The notes under the pieces were generated by a model, which ran no database searches, had not been told where the DNA came from, and worked only from the letters and a program-made list of their open reading frames with translations. From Mytilus edulis (taxonomy: Eukaryota), in assembly GCF_963676685.1 (NCBI RefSeq), contig NC_092344.1, forward strand, positions 125,054,001 to 125,118,000: DNA of 64,000 nucleotides. Reading direction: 5' to 3'. Shown here one piece after another: positions 1-12,297 of this stretch. The position numbers were made by a program, and so were the translations under genes. Numbering within the stretch: the stretch's first letter is position 1; the number at the start of each line of letters is the position of its first letter.

Positions 1-1445
1 GATACGATATTCCCGTGCTTGCATTTCCTATCATGATTTTCTTGATAGAGGGTTGCTGCTCACAAGGAAGCTATTAAACCAAGAGTTCCAAATGGTGAAG
101 TTTAAATCATCCCTTCGTAAACTTTACGGACGCCATCACGAGTTGGTTGACCGTTATCATGGTTATGGAATAACCGTTTCACAAATGATATCGGATATGT
201 TCCTTACGTCGTAAGTACAATCCCCTTCCCTTTCATGAATGTGACATACCGAATTAGACTATTTACCGGATTTGTTATCACATAAGGTAGCACTCCAAAG
301 TTAGAAAATAAAATTAAAAATGAGCCACAAAATGTTTTATCATCTCCTATTCCTGGATTTCTAATACATTAACCTAACTGTTTGTGTTGTACATGTGCAT
401 ATGTATGTAATCAGTATATTCCGTAGATTTGATTTTCAAAAGTTAAAAGAGTGAAAATTAATTCCTTTTATGTGTATCCATGGCAACATTCTGCATTTAT
501 TTACCATAAAATATTGCAAAAAGGGGGGTGGACATGTCACATATCACCCCCAAAATTTGGATCAAACTAGAATTTCAATGCCTTTGAGTGATACCTTTTT
601 TAGAAACTGTTTTCATAAATCTTCCTAATGATCAAATAAAAAATGGGTGTCTTTCGCCTCATTTTTTCGTAAATTCCAATCACAAAGTTCGTGCGATAAA
701 AAGTTGGAAAAAAACATTACAATAATTGCCGGACCAATGTATGGTAGGGACATACAAATACGGACTGTCATACAGAAAACAGCCTATATTACATACATTA
801 CATAATCTTGATGTTCATATAAACCAAATACAAAGGCTATTTTAATACTCAGCTATCCAAAAATAAATTTTATTGCACACTAGCTCTCATATTTGAAAAA
901 TCCACAGGGGCCAAAATGCGAAACTACACACCTAGCTGTGGAGTGCTACCTAAGCAACACGACGGGTGCCACATGTGGAGCAGGATCTGCTTATCCTTCC
1001 GGAGCACCTGAGATCACCCCTAGTTTTTGGTGGGGTTCGTGTTGTTTATTCTTTAGTTTTCTATGTTGTGTCATGTGTACTATTGTTTGTCTGTTTGTCT
1101 TCTTCATTTTTAGCCATGGCGTTGTCAGTTTATTTTCGATTTATGAGTTTGAATGTCCCTTTGGTATCTTTCGTCCCTCTTTTATATACCCTCACGACAC
1201 TTACCAAAGAAGAAATCCTGGATAATCATAAGTCTTTTCTATGTTCCTTTGGAATTTCAACCAAAGATGTAGAACTGGATCTTCCATCACTGTATTGGAA
1301 ACCTAAACTACATAAGTGTCCTTACAAACAACGGCATATTGCTGGGTCTTCCAAGTGCACCACGAAACCTCTTTCTAAATTATTAACATATATTTTATCA
1401 GCAATCAAAGACGGGCTTCAAATTTATTGTGAAACTGCCTATTCT
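1..1445 (+). mobile_element. Penelope-like retroelement fragments (RT C-terminal part and 3' region 1-1182, then RT N-terminal part 1183-1445), interrupted by a MITE
   Basis: 1-200 translates to IRYSRACISYHDFLDRGLLLTRKLLNQEFQMVKFKSSLRKLYGRHHELVDRY. 1183-1445 gives LPSLYWKPKLHKCPYKQRHIAGSSKCTTKPLSKLL, the PKxHK...R.I motif typical of Penelope-like RTs. The sequence is continuous across the 286-950 insertion. Family assignment is from motif recognition only. Confidence 0.65.
286..950. mobile_element. PIF/Harbinger-like MITE
   Basis: TIRs GGTAGCACTCCAAAGTTAG (286-304) and CTAGCTGTGGAGTGCTACC (932-950), 17/19 match. 3-bp TSD TAA at 283-285 and 951-953. No coding capacity. Confidence 0.8.
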
Positions 1446-1446
1446 T

Positions 1447-1637
1447 TGGGGTACTCCTGGTAGGACTGTCGAGTTTTGAATCCTGTTCACCACAAAACAC
1501 TAAGATCTTGTATAAAGGAAGGCGTTAGTCAAATTCAAGGTGTTTTTCGGCACGCCATATTTGTGAAGTTATCATTTTTAATAGCTCGTGTGGTATGGGG
1601 TCAAATGCGTTTTCAAAATCCTAAATAAATATATCCT
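1447..1637 (-). mobile_element. Degenerate non-LTR retrotransposon (CR1/L2-like) RT fragment
   Basis: Minus strand, with frameshifts, reads LDFENAFDPIPHELL...VVN...STVLPGVPQ, matching the RT motifs LDFxKAFDxVPH and SGVPQG. Confidence 0.55.
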
Positions 1638-3571
1638 TCAATCAAATGCTTTATTTATATTAAATTAGGCATGTCACATAACAATAGTAAAAACATAAGG
1701 TCTTTGACCTTTCATAACCGACAAATACATACATTTACACAATAAACATACACAATACTTATATTAAAACACAAAAGACATAGAACATTAGACATTAGAC
1801 ATTATTTTATTTTCCAATCATGGGCCCTTGTCAGGCAAGATACAAAAACATCATAATACAATGATTATATAAACATTAGTGAAATACACAATAAGTAATA
1901 CACAAATAATAAATTGATAATATGAGTAATGTAGGATATAATTATAGTAAGAGACATTGAGTGCAATGAGGCCGATTTAATATTAAAAGGATATGATATT
2001 AAGTTTATTTTAAAATACGGAACTAAAAAATAGCAAAAATAGAACCGGGAATATAGTATCTCAATATAACATATATTGCATGCACATTTAAACAGGGCTG
2101 AACCAAGGAATTGTATGGTAATACAAATCCTTGGCTGGACTCATTGAAATACTATATATATTATATACATGCATGAGCAGTAAGCTAAAAGCAACATTCA
2201 AGCAGCAACATAAAACACTAAAGCACAGCAATTAGAAATTATATAAAAGGCTCTGTTTTTTAAGCTTAGCAATTAAAAACAAAAAGAGTAGAAGTATAAT
2301 ACCTAGCATGTTTCAAAGCTGTAACATGAAACACAAAAATAAATACTAAGCCCATGCTTTGCAATGGCATAAGTTGCGATTTTATGAGTAAGACTCGAGG
2401 TATATATCCATTTTTTTTAAATATAGGATTTTGCTGGTTTTTTTTTCTATAAATGAACTTAAGATTTAGAGCTTTAAAAGTCATTCGTGGCCAAAACGAA
2501 TCGATTTTTTTGGGTTGAGTTTTGTGCCATATTATAAAGTAAAAACTAATAGTGTAATAAATAAAATATGAAATGAAAAAGAAAAGTGTAAAAAATTTTG
2601 CTGATTTTTTTTAACTTCGAGCAGAGATATATATACTAAATGTTTTATATGTCTCTGTCTGAGGTCTCTGCATATACTTATTGTTCTGAAAATATTTGCA
2701 AAGTTTTTTAAAGACATCCTTGATATATTTACGAGCTTTAGAATCTATCCTAAAACATAATTGTTATTAAATATGGTAAATATATTTTATATGATGTACG
2801 AAAGAATCAAAGTAAAGGTTATAAAATCTCAGAGAGCTTATGTTTATGTTATGCAACATGCCGACTATAAACAATTCAAAGCTTTGAATTGAATTGAGTA
2901 AAGGGAAAGTATCGACACAGACTTCTTCTTCTTCTTCTTCTTTGTATAAGCTTCCTATAGACAGGAACACCTCTAATGATATTAGAGTATATATGAGGGT
3001 AATTTTGTGGATAACTTTTTTTGTTTTTGTTTCTTTACAACTATGTACAGCACATTATGTGTATGTTTCTTATTATATGTACTTTTTGGTTTTGTTGTGT
3101 CTTTTAAAGTTATATATACAGATATTGCTTTTTAACTTGTTTATTATCATATGCTTATCTTATTTACATGTGTCAATGATGTGTTTTTCCTATTCATGCA
3201 AGTGACAATAAAATTACCTATATAATAGATGCTTACATGGGTGTAATTTACATAGGGAGTTTATGATGTTAAAAGAAAAAAAGAAAACTTGTTAAAATAT
3301 CAACATAGTAGCCAATGCTTAAAATCTAAAACATATCTTTCATTTCATCTAGATATGATATCCAACTTTGCTCAGTATGATAAAACAAATTTCATATTAA
3401 AAATACATTATGATTTTAATATAATTATTTTGTGCTTTATTTTAAGATGTTTGTACCATTTAAAATTTCAATGGTTTATTCTGTAAAAACAAAATCCTAT
3501 TCATTTTACCTTAAAAAAAAATAGGAAATTAAAATGGATAAAAGTATTAACAACGTAATATTGACTAAAGG

Positions 3572-3605
<34 letters not shown>

Positions 3606-3893
3606 CAACAAAAAAAACAATTAAAATTATTACAAAAAAGATTAAAAGCCATGATGGTGATGTTAAAAGTAAAGACTTTATCTGCTTCACTTGTAGTTTT
3701 TAAAATTACTTTCACAAAATCATAATCATTATATATGGTTGTTGTGCTTGCAAACAGGTGATTTTCACCTTCATGTTGATATTATTATCAGAATATATCC
3801 TTCAATGTCCTTTTTCACTTTGAATATAGGCTTTTGTTTCAAACCTCTACACACGTATAACTGTCACTACATGTATATATTCATTGGCACATA

Positions 3894-6290
3894 TTATTTG
3901 TTGTTTAATGCATCCAGTACTTCTATTCTCTTTGCGTGAAGTTGGAATAATAGATTTCTACATTTTTCTTCTATCTTGGTCATGAGTTCACTACTTATGT
4001 TCAGTGTTTCTTTGAAATTATTACAATCCAGTATCAATTGTGTTATTTCCATCTTATTGCAGCAGAAAGTATTCCATTTAATTGGATCAATATTATCCAA
4101 TATTTCCATTTTCATCTCTACATAGTATTTCTCTCTTATAGTACTTAACACTGGACAAGAGGTAACCATATGAATAATGTCTTCATTTTCTGTATTGCAC
4201 AGCTGACATAACGGTTCTGCCACAAAGTGTGTGAACTTGTGTTTGTCCGACTGTAAGATATATGCTCCCGTCATCATTCTGGCTTTTATAATTGCTTTTC
4301 TTAATTCAAGTCGTGGTTGATTTTGTAGATTCCATACTTGAGCTGTTTTTCCAATTTCTAAATTTTCTATGTTCATATTTTTTAGACTGGTTTTATTACG
4401 AGCTTCAGATTTTAATTGAGCATTCCAATATTGGTTTACTTTTTTCTTTATTTCTTCTTTCCATATATCTCTTTTTGGAAGATTTTTCTGCAAATAGTTG
4501 ATGGAAGGAAGATCATACATCTCAAGTATATTCAGTATCCTGCTGAAAAAACTTTTCTTGTTGTCATAGTTAGTGGCAATTTGTCTAATCATAACATCTT
4601 TAATTTTGCTGTTGTCACATGATAATATAGAGTATAAAAGTGATAAATGTCTTTTATGTATTTCAGCTTCTATAGGCAATGCTCCAAGTAGTAGTAGTAC
4701 CACAGCATTTGATGTTCTTTCTGGTAGTGACTGTAGGTGCCTCAAGTTTTTCCTATGGAATATCTCTAGTTCCTCTATATTTGATTTTGTTAAAGGTAGT
4801 ACTTCTAAACCATATGTTAATCTTGGTATTACATAGGTTTTATATATTTGGTATGAGATTGCAGGGTTAAGTCCATTTGTACCGTGCACACCAGAACCCA
4901 TAAGTGCATACTTTGTTCTTCTAGCGGTTTGTATTCTTTCTTTGATGTTGAAGTTATGTTCTTTTCCATCTGTTCTCTTTATTCCTAGATGCTCACTACA
5001 CTCAGATGTTTTTACAACTTTGCCTCCCATTGTCCAGCTGTAGCTAGATTTACGCTTTGAACAGTCGATTATTTCTGTTTTGGTTGGATGTATTTTGTAA
5101 TGATGCTCTTTAGCATATCTGTCTATTACATTCAGCATTACTTGTAGCTCATACTCGTTGTTTGAGATAAAGGCTATATCATCTGCACAAGTTGGTGCCC
5201 CTACATATATGTCTCCCAAATGATAACCCAAAGAGTTCTGTTCTAGCTCTACTAATAGGTCTTGTACAAATATTTTGTATAAGTGTGTTGAAAGTATACC
5301 GCCTTGCCTTACACCTTGCTTGATTTTAAATGGTTCACTAAGTCCATCCATCCATTTTACTTTGGAAGTAAGCCCTTCATATAGTTCTGTTAGTATTTTC
5401 CAATAAGTTGGATGCATATTTTGGTCAATAGCCTTATCCATTAAGATGATATGCTGTACGACATCAAATGCTGATTGTACGTCAAGAACAGATATAAAGA
5501 AGTTTTCAGTTGGTTTTTTTATTTCATATCGAGATTCTGATATGAGCAGGCTTGACATGATTGGTGACAGTCCTTCTGTAAATCCAAATTGTAGGAGTGT
5601 TTCTGATTTTAGATTAAGCTTTTCCAGAAAGGCATATTCAAAAGTTTTTCCAATAGTAGGTGTTACTGTTATTCCCCGATAATTGCCCATAACAGTTGGA
5701 TCTTTTTGTTTTTTCAGTACTGGTGTAAGTATGCCAAATTTAAATGATACTGGTACTGTTCTTTTCAATATTATGTTGTTAAATATTGAGGTTAGCACAG
5801 GAGAGACGCTTGATTTTGAATTTTGTAGATGCTCAGCTGTTATTCCAGATTCATCTGCACTTTTTTTAGTATTGAGCTTGCCAATTGCCTTCATGACTTC
5901 AGACTCTGTAAACTGTTCTGGGTCTTCAGCTTTGTCTATTGCTTGTTCGTACAGTTGCTGCCTAATTTTGCAGAGATTAAGATAGCCATTTTCATATATA
6001 TTCTCTTTTGGTACACTAAGATCTTCATAGTATTTGGCAAAACTTTTCCTTTGTTCTTCAGGAACATAATTATAATTTTCATCAATTTTCAAGCAATTTG
6101 TTGAGGTTTGTTGATTGCTGCGATTCCTATTTATGAGTCTGTAGAAAAGTTGAGAATTTGGGTTGTCCATTATCTGCTGGTAGAGATTTTGCCGACTAAG
6201 TGCTTGTTCCATTCTTACTTTACTACGCAATTTTCTTTTCTCATTTCTTAACATTGTAGCCATAGGATGATCTTTCTGACACGGAATTGC
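3894..6290 (-). mobile_element. 5'-truncated LINE (RTE-X-like) ORF2 with uninterrupted RT domain and C-terminal CCHC finger
   Basis: 821-aa ORF (3894-6359) with NYRGITV, LDVQSAFDVV, GVRQGGILS and CADDIA RT motifs, plus CQLC...H...C. There is no AP-endonuclease domain, so it is truncated near 6290. The clade call (GxHGxNGLNP, YVIPRLTYGLE) is tentative. Confidence 0.85.
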
Positions 6291-6518
6291 AATCCGACAT
6301 TGGTCCGTAATATACAGAAGTTCCGGTAAAATTTTGCCGAGAGAAAAAAAAATATACATTTTTGTATTCTTAGTTCTGTTCTTTGGTCAGATAGAAATAT
6401 GATATAAAGGCAAACAAATGTAAGGGGTCTCATATTTAGTATTTTTTAAACTCATGCCCAAGAAAACGAAAGTCGAGTAACAGCAACAGGTTTAAGGCCT
6501 TATATTTTTTATAAGACT

Positions 6519-6614
6519 CTCAGGCACTTGTTTCTATCCTTCGGAAGACCCACTATCCACGAATATTTACACGTGGATAGTAGGTCTTCCCATGAATAGA
6601 AACAAGTGCCTATG
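6519..6614. mobile_element. ~96-bp fold-back mini-transposon
   Basis: ~40-bp inverted arms (AGGCACTTGTTTCTAT...CTATCCACG / CGTGGATAG...ATAGAAACAAGTGCCT) around a 10-nt loop. Flanks ATAAGACT/CTAAGACT form a 7/8 TSD. Related to 51789-51893. Confidence 0.7.
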
Positions 6615-7649
6615 CTAAGACTAAGAATTATAATAAGCTTATTTACAAGTGTTTTTAAAATACATCAATGCTGTACATAAACCTCTTTTTGTAGATAATC
6701 TTTAACTTCATGCCAATAGACATATGTAACGGGAGTGGAAGTTTCCAATGGCTTCTTTTTCCAGTTTGTCTACCCAAGTTCTGGGATATTGGACAAACTA
6801 CGCAAAACACATTAATATAAACAAGATGTTTATTTAAAGACATACATTATGGTTAAATATAAGTTACATTATCTACACACAAGAATAATACAATATACGG
6901 TGGTGGCTAGTCTACTTGTCATTGTGAAGTTCCATATTTGCAAGCCAAATTGTATGAGCGTCTGCTCATTTCAAATCCTAAGTGTAGACTGCCCCAAACA
7001 CAGTGAGTGACAGCAAACTTATAGTTCCTAGTGACAATGACCGGGCCGGATGTCGGGCACATGCAAGAAGCAGGAAGTCCTGACAAGAATAATTATATGG
7101 CCGGTCTCAGGAGAAAGAGTAACGGAACTTTAAGTTATACTAATATTAACCAATTGCCTCAAATAAATAGAATAAACAAGTAAACAAAGTGACCACCATT
7201 ACACACATTTACACTTGTATGCAAATTTGTCCGCCATTTAAATCACACAGGTGGTTCCCATAAACTTTGACATCATAATTCAAAACATTTAACGTCACAA
7301 CTAAAAAGTGATTGTTACTTAACGTTGGAAGGTTATTCGGAGGTGATATAAGTTCATTCGGAGGCAAAATATCAAAAGTGTAAATATGTTTATTGTAGGC
7401 CAAATTATGCTAAACTGTAGACAACAAATACATTAATATTTTGATGAGTCTTGTTCTCCTCTTTCCAATGATATAAAGTATAACTGTGTGGTCTTTTGTT
7501 AACCCAAATCCATAAATTTCATTGATTAATACTAATAGTAAAGATTTTGATGTGTAGTTTAATTGTTTGTATTATAGTTCATATGGATGGTAAAGTGAAC
7601 ATTTCCATTCTCAATCTTATTTTACCTGTTTTTGTGTTTTATAGGTGAT

Positions 7650-10600
7650 ATGGATGGTAAAGTGAAGATTTTATTTTTTATCATCAGTTTATTGTTGTTG
7701 GAAGTTTTCTGTCAGCATACTATGTACCAGTTCAAGCGTTACACTTACAAAAAGAAACGAGATGTAAGTCCTATGAAGTACATGAAGTATGGAATACTTT
7801 TTAGCTCACCTGTCCCGAAGGGACAAGTGAGCTTATGCCATCACTTGGCGTCCGTCGTCGTCTGTCGTCCGTCGTCTGTCGTCGTAAACTATTTCAAGAA
7901 TCTTCTCCTCTGAAACTACTGGGCCAAATACTTTCAAACTTTAACTGAATGTTCCTTAGGGTATCTAATTTATAAATTGTATCCGAAGTTTTGATCTATC
8001 AACAAACATGGTCGCCATTGCTAAAAATAGAACATAGGGGTCAAATGCAGTTTTTGGCTTATAACTCAAAAACCAAAGCATTTAGAGCAAATCTGACATG
8101 GGGGTAATATTGTTTATCAGGTCAACATCTATCTGCCCTGAAATTTTCAGATGAATCAGACAACCCGTTGTTGGGTTGCTGCCCCTGAATTGGTAATTTT
8201 AAGGAAATTTTGCTGTTTTTGGTTATTATCTTGAATATTATTATAGATAGAGATAAACTGTAAACAGGAATAATGTTCAGCAAAGTAAGATTTACAAATA
8301 AGTCAACATGACGGAAATAGTCAGTTGACCCCTTTAGGAGTTATTGCCCTTTATAGTCAATTTTTAACCATTTTTCGTAAATCTTAGTAATCTTTTACAA
8401 AAATCTTCTCCTCTGAAACTACTGGGCCAAATACTTCCAAACTTTAATTGAATGTTCCTTAGGGTATTTAGTTTGTAAATTGTATCCGAAGTTATGATCT
8501 ATCAACAAACATGGTCGCCATTGCTAAAAATAGAACATAGGGGTCAAATGCAGTTTTTGGCTTATAACCCTTAAACCAAAGCATTTAGAGCAAATCTGAC
8601 ATGGGGTAATATTGTTTATCAGGTCAAGATCTATCTGCCCTGAAATTTTCAGATAAATCAGACAACCTGTTGTTGGGTTGCTGCCCCTGAATTGATAATT
8701 TTAAGGAAATTTTGCTGTTTTTGTTTATTATCTTGAATATAATTATAGATAGAAATAAACTGTAAACAGCAATAATGTTCAGCAAAGTAAGATCTTCAAT
8801 TAAGTCAATTTGACCAAAATTGTCAATTGACCACTTAAGGAGTTATTGCCCTTTAAAGACTTTTTTCACAATTTGTTCATCATGTTGTTACTTTAAAAAA
8901 TCTTCTCCTTTGAAACTGCTGTATCAATTTCAGCCAAACTTAGGCTAAATGAGTTTCAGAGTATCTAGTATAAATTTTATATTTTATTTACTTGTATGTC
9001 AAGAAACATAGCTCCTATGGCTAAAATAGAACATAGGAGAAAATGATTATTTTTTTTGGCTTTTGAAGAAAATAGGACGATCCAAAAAACATTTAAATAA
9101 ATTGAAAAGCCAAAATAATCATTGATGAGAGATTTAACCAAAAGAATTAAGGTGAGCGATTCAGGCTCTTGAGAGCCTCTTGTTTGTATATGCATTATGT
9201 ACATATACATTTTTTTTTAATTTTGCAAAATATTATTGTTTATATTAATCCTTTAATCCACAGACACACTATCTTTTTCATTGTGGACTGGTCATTTATG
9301 AGCAAATAAAACTTCAAACTCAATTAATAAATATTAATAATTGAATGAATGATCTTGATCCACTGGTCAAAACATTGACTTAACTTGATATTATTAATTT
9401 CATGTTAATCTGGTGCTCTACTTTCTCTTAGTACTTACTCACATATGTTTTATAGTGTTCACTGAGAGATACATCTTCGCTAGCCAAGGGTTACGATCCA
9501 CTCCCGCTCTCTCCACTCTTGGCAGATTAAGCCAACATTTGTGAAAACAATGTTGTGCCACCTATCGGAAGATTAAAGTCACGCCCATTCCGAATACATT
9601 ATTCTTAACCAATGGTAGCACTTGAACTTGAAAATATACGTCAACATTCATGCATAAGTGCATGAAACATACACAGGAACTTCTATTAGTTGATTAAAAA
9701 CATTCAAGTTGTAACTAAATATAGTCGTATGTTTAGGGATGTAAAGACTTGTTGCACAATAAACACGTGGCAATTGTTTACAAACACCTTCTACATTTAC
9801 ACGTGATCATGTTATGTACGCTTTTTGATTGGATGCAGCGAGTTTCGACTGTAACCAATGAAAATGCTTATCCTGCGTCTACGAAATTTTATCTCAATCC
9901 GCCAAGGGTGGAGAGAGCGGGAGTAGATCGTAACCCTTGGCTAGCGAAGATGTGAGAGATATCTTCTTAGATTATATATAAAAGTTTTAAATCATGATGA
10001 AGAATTTAATTTTTAGGCTTCATTCAGGTTTGCTAATTTTCATATTTAAATAAGGCTGATCCTAACTTTTTCAATTAATCATTAAAGTCTTGGAACTTTT
10101 TTTTCAGGATAAAAAATATAGAAGTGCCAAAAATCCTTGTGAAGGAAGACCAGACTGTCTTGCTCATAAAGGTGTGGACCAATTAATGTGTGTCAGAGAG
10201 TGCATGTCAAAATTCTGCTTTGATGAACTCTACAAAAATGACCTAGTAAGTGTATTGCATAACCATTTAAGTATATCAAAGTCAGTGTTAAGAATTATCT
10301 TTGTAGAAATGTACAGAAATGGCACAGAAGATATAAAAAAGAAGATGTGGTATGATTGCCAATGAAGCAACTCTCCATAAGAGACCAAATGACACAGAAA
10401 TTAACAGCTATGGGTCACTGCACAGCTTTAAAACAATAAGCAAAGCCTATACAGTATAGTCAGATTTAAAAGGCCCCGAAATCACAAATGTAAAACAATT
10501 CAAACAAGAAAACTAACAGCCTACAAAAAGATAAATATGTAACACAGCAACAAACGACAACCACTGAATTACAGGCTCCTGACTTGGGACAGATACATAC

Positions 10601-11284
10601 ATTCAGAATGTGGTGGGGGTTAAACATGTAAGTAGGATCCCAACCCTCCCCTAACTTGGGACTGTGTTGTAACAGTTCAACATAATAACAACTATCAGAA
10701 ATCAGTTGAAAAGGCTTAAATCATTAGATGGATACAAAAAGAAATACATATAACAAAAACACAACGTGGATGTGACCAAGTTCTTGAACATCCCAACAAC
10801 AAAAAGACATTAAGTACAGATCTGAGAGTATTCACAGTAACTGGCAGAAAGTCAGTTACAACTAAAAAAAAAAATCATGCATCTAAGACTAAATTATCAA
10901 TCAGTACACATCCAATGGATTAAGTGTAAAGACATCATATACAGTCAAAGGAAAACATGGCCTAAAATAACAATTTTTCTCAAGAGTTATTATAAGACCA
11001 ATGTCTCGAGCTATGAATTGTTATATTTTAGTTTCAGGTTTTGGTTTATTGCCTTGTGAGCAAGTTGTCTACCATTAAATCTTGTGGAAAGTTATCTCAT
11101 TGGCAATCATGCCACATATCTTTATTTTATTGTCATATTCATCTTATGTTTTCTTTTTCAGCTTGAAGATGGAGAAATTGATATAAGACTAAACTCATTC
11201 AAAGGATGTTTGTCTCAGCAATCCAATAATATGTACTCTAAGACAAACAATATTGATATTAATGGAAACTATGTTCTTAACTGA
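7650..11284 (+). CDS. Small secreted cysteine-rich protein, DUF4787-like (124 aa, 3 coding exons)
   Basis: Exons 7650-7763, 10108-10245 and 11162-11284, all GT-AG and phase 0. Hydrophobic signal-like N-terminus (KILFFIISLLLLEVFC). The segment CVRECMSKFCFDELYKNDLLEDGEIDIRLNSFKGC resembles the DUF4787 consensus (C.S..CY...Y..D.LE.GEID.R...FK.C). Confidence 0.75.
7799..9185 (+). mobile_element. Helentron-associated / pearl-like non-autonomous element with tandem core
   Basis: T-rich insertion site. 5' hairpin CTCACCTGTCCCGAAGGGACAAGTGAG, then a (GTC/GTCC)n microsatellite and ~500-bp core repeats starting at 7899, 8402 and 8899. Subterminal IR GCTCACCT/AGGTGAGC and 3' hairpin AGGCTCTTGAGAGCCT (9163-9178). 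Confidence 0.7.
9472..9952. mobile_element. Non-autonomous DNA transposon with ~60-bp TIRs and 9-bp TSD (Academ- or MuDR-type)
   Basis: TIRs CATCTTCGCTAGCCAAGGGTTACGATC... / ...GATCGTAACCCTTGGCTAGCGAAGATG. Perfect TSD TGAGAGATA at 9463-9471 and 9953-9961. Confidence 0.85.
10327..10960. repeat. High-copy dispersed repeat (AGAAGATGTGGTATGATTGCCAAT... family)
   Basis: Near-identical copy at 60715-61221, partial copies at 61635-61740 and 63310-63415, and inverted copies near 11020-11125 and 41530-41880. Family not assigned. Confidence 0.7.
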
Positions 11285-12297
11285 AAACAATAAACAAAGA
11301 CAAATATATAATATAACTATGGATTGAAATTGTGTTTTCAACTGAAAACAATATATAAGAACAGATATATATTAATACCGTAACTGTGATTGGAAACAAT
11401 TATGTTCCAAACTGACTGTCTTATACAGACTGATTTATAGCACACAAACGAAGGAAACTAAGATCTGTACCAACGTTTACCAGTGATTTCTTCATTACTA
11501 TCAGTGGATTTTGATTTAAAAGACCAACTTTAGAATGCTGCCAATCTTTTCGGATTTTGCTACTGATTTGTAAAACTATTAATAATAATGAAAAATACAT
11601 CATGTGCTCTTTTTATATGAAATTTTTGTGTTCTTACTTAGACTTATATGTTTTTATTCGATTGTTTTGAGATCTTATAATGCTATCATGTCGTGGTCGT
11701 CAGAAGATATATTTGGTTTCTGAACAATAACAGATCAAGAATGAATTTTGGTGGCGTCAAGTTTACCGTTCTAGATTCATGCCCCTTACAAATTGGAAAA
11801 CTGCTAAACATTCGTTTCTAATCGCTAACTTTAGTTTGCCTCAACCGAAGGTTATGAAACTTGTGCACATAGCTATTCCCACAAAACACAGATCAAGTTC
11901 AAATTTTGGTGGTGTCACTTTTACCATTCTAGATTTATGCCCCATTACATTTAGTTTCCTTTCTCTAACTTAAGATTGTGTATATGATTATAACCCCAAA
12001 ACTCAGAGAAGTACAAATTTGGGTAGCGTCACTTTTACAGTTTTTGTGTTATGTCCCTTTAGAAAGTTATATGCAAGTTTGAGCATCATCCCATGGACAC
12101 ATTCCCCATTTATGTTAAATTAGATTTGACAGTATTTACTTTTCATTTTGAAATCTCAGAGCCATGTTTTATGGACAGAAAAGGGATACAAGTGATTGAA
12201 AACAGGACAACAGCATGATTTAGAATTACGAGGAAATAACCATATTCTCTGCTGAATTACTTTTATTGCTGTTATTCATATGGACAATTATAAAACG

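Noticed and set aside
893-1463. ORFs 893-1225 and 966-1463 as genes
   Set aside because: They are chimeric read-through across a MITE end, a retroelement 3' region and an RT fragment.
2266-2970. Short minus-strand ORFs resembling LINE ORF2 C-termini
   Set aside because: Too degenerate to delimit or classify without alignment.
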